Assembly (NCBI GenBank): GCA_965240325.2
Contig: OZ251227.1
Location: 3,286,001-3,350,000, forward strand
Origin: Rebecca billardiae RCC1528
Lineage: Eukaryota; Protista; Haptophyta
Direction: 5' to 3'
Length of the DNA: 64,000 bases
The translations under genes and the position numbers were made by a program. The notes below the pieces were generated by a model. The model had not been told where the DNA came from. It ran no database searches and saw nothing but the letters and a program-made list of their open reading frames with translations. Every line of letters starts with the position of its first letter. The stretch's first letter is position 1. Positions 63,874 through 64,000 of this stretch are shown here, piece after piece.

Positions 63874-64000
63874 GACGGCGGCTGTGCCGACGAAGCAGGG
63901 TTGCGTGAATGAGTGCGCGCCGCGGCTCGGCGGGGCCGAGGCTGGACGGCTCTCCAGCTTTTGATCAGCTTGGAAAGCGCCATCACGCACAGTGAGATTC

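Noticed and set aside
1-64000. Hundreds of long overlapping Arg/Ala/Pro-rich ORFs (e.g. 5854..9024-, 23196..24908-, 29747..31579-, 52958..54460+, 55700..58114+, 62389..63912+)
   Set aside because: They are antisense or alternate-frame shadows of real genes, caused by the scarcity of stop codons at very high GC. None has a recognisable motif.

Overview
Very GC-rich, gene-dense eukaryotic nuclear DNA with short GC-rich GT-AG introns and signal-peptide-bearing plastid-type proteins. The style fits an alga with a complex plastid, probably a haptophyte (inference only). The flanks carry ordinary genes: ApaG-domain, JmjC-domain, ECD/SGT1, RhoGAP, IQ-motif, NTF2, a glycosyltransferase-like protein, a Trx-type 2Fe-2S/TPR protein, RNase H2A, allantoicase, sulfotransferase, Elongin C, VIT1/CCC1 and LdpA. 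Most of the many overlapping Ala/Arg/Pro-rich ORFs in the track are GC-content shadows. The accessory middle (10-47 kb) holds four notable structures: (1) a ~9.3 kb frameshifted LINE (APE-RT-RNase H-CCHC plus an OTU-like motif) whose last ORF is interrupted by ~37 copies of a 25-bp unit; (2) a Sel1-repeat/MYND cluster with segmental duplication, a gene-conversion mosaic and an XPC/Rad4-Sel1 chimeric pseudogene; (3) a tRNA-derived SINE-like pair and a ~440-bp fold-back; (4) a 7.3-kb TIR element (23-bp TIRs, ACTA TSD) with no recognisable transposase, containing a nested 3.05-kb element with 892-bp inverted repeats and an ATTT TSD.
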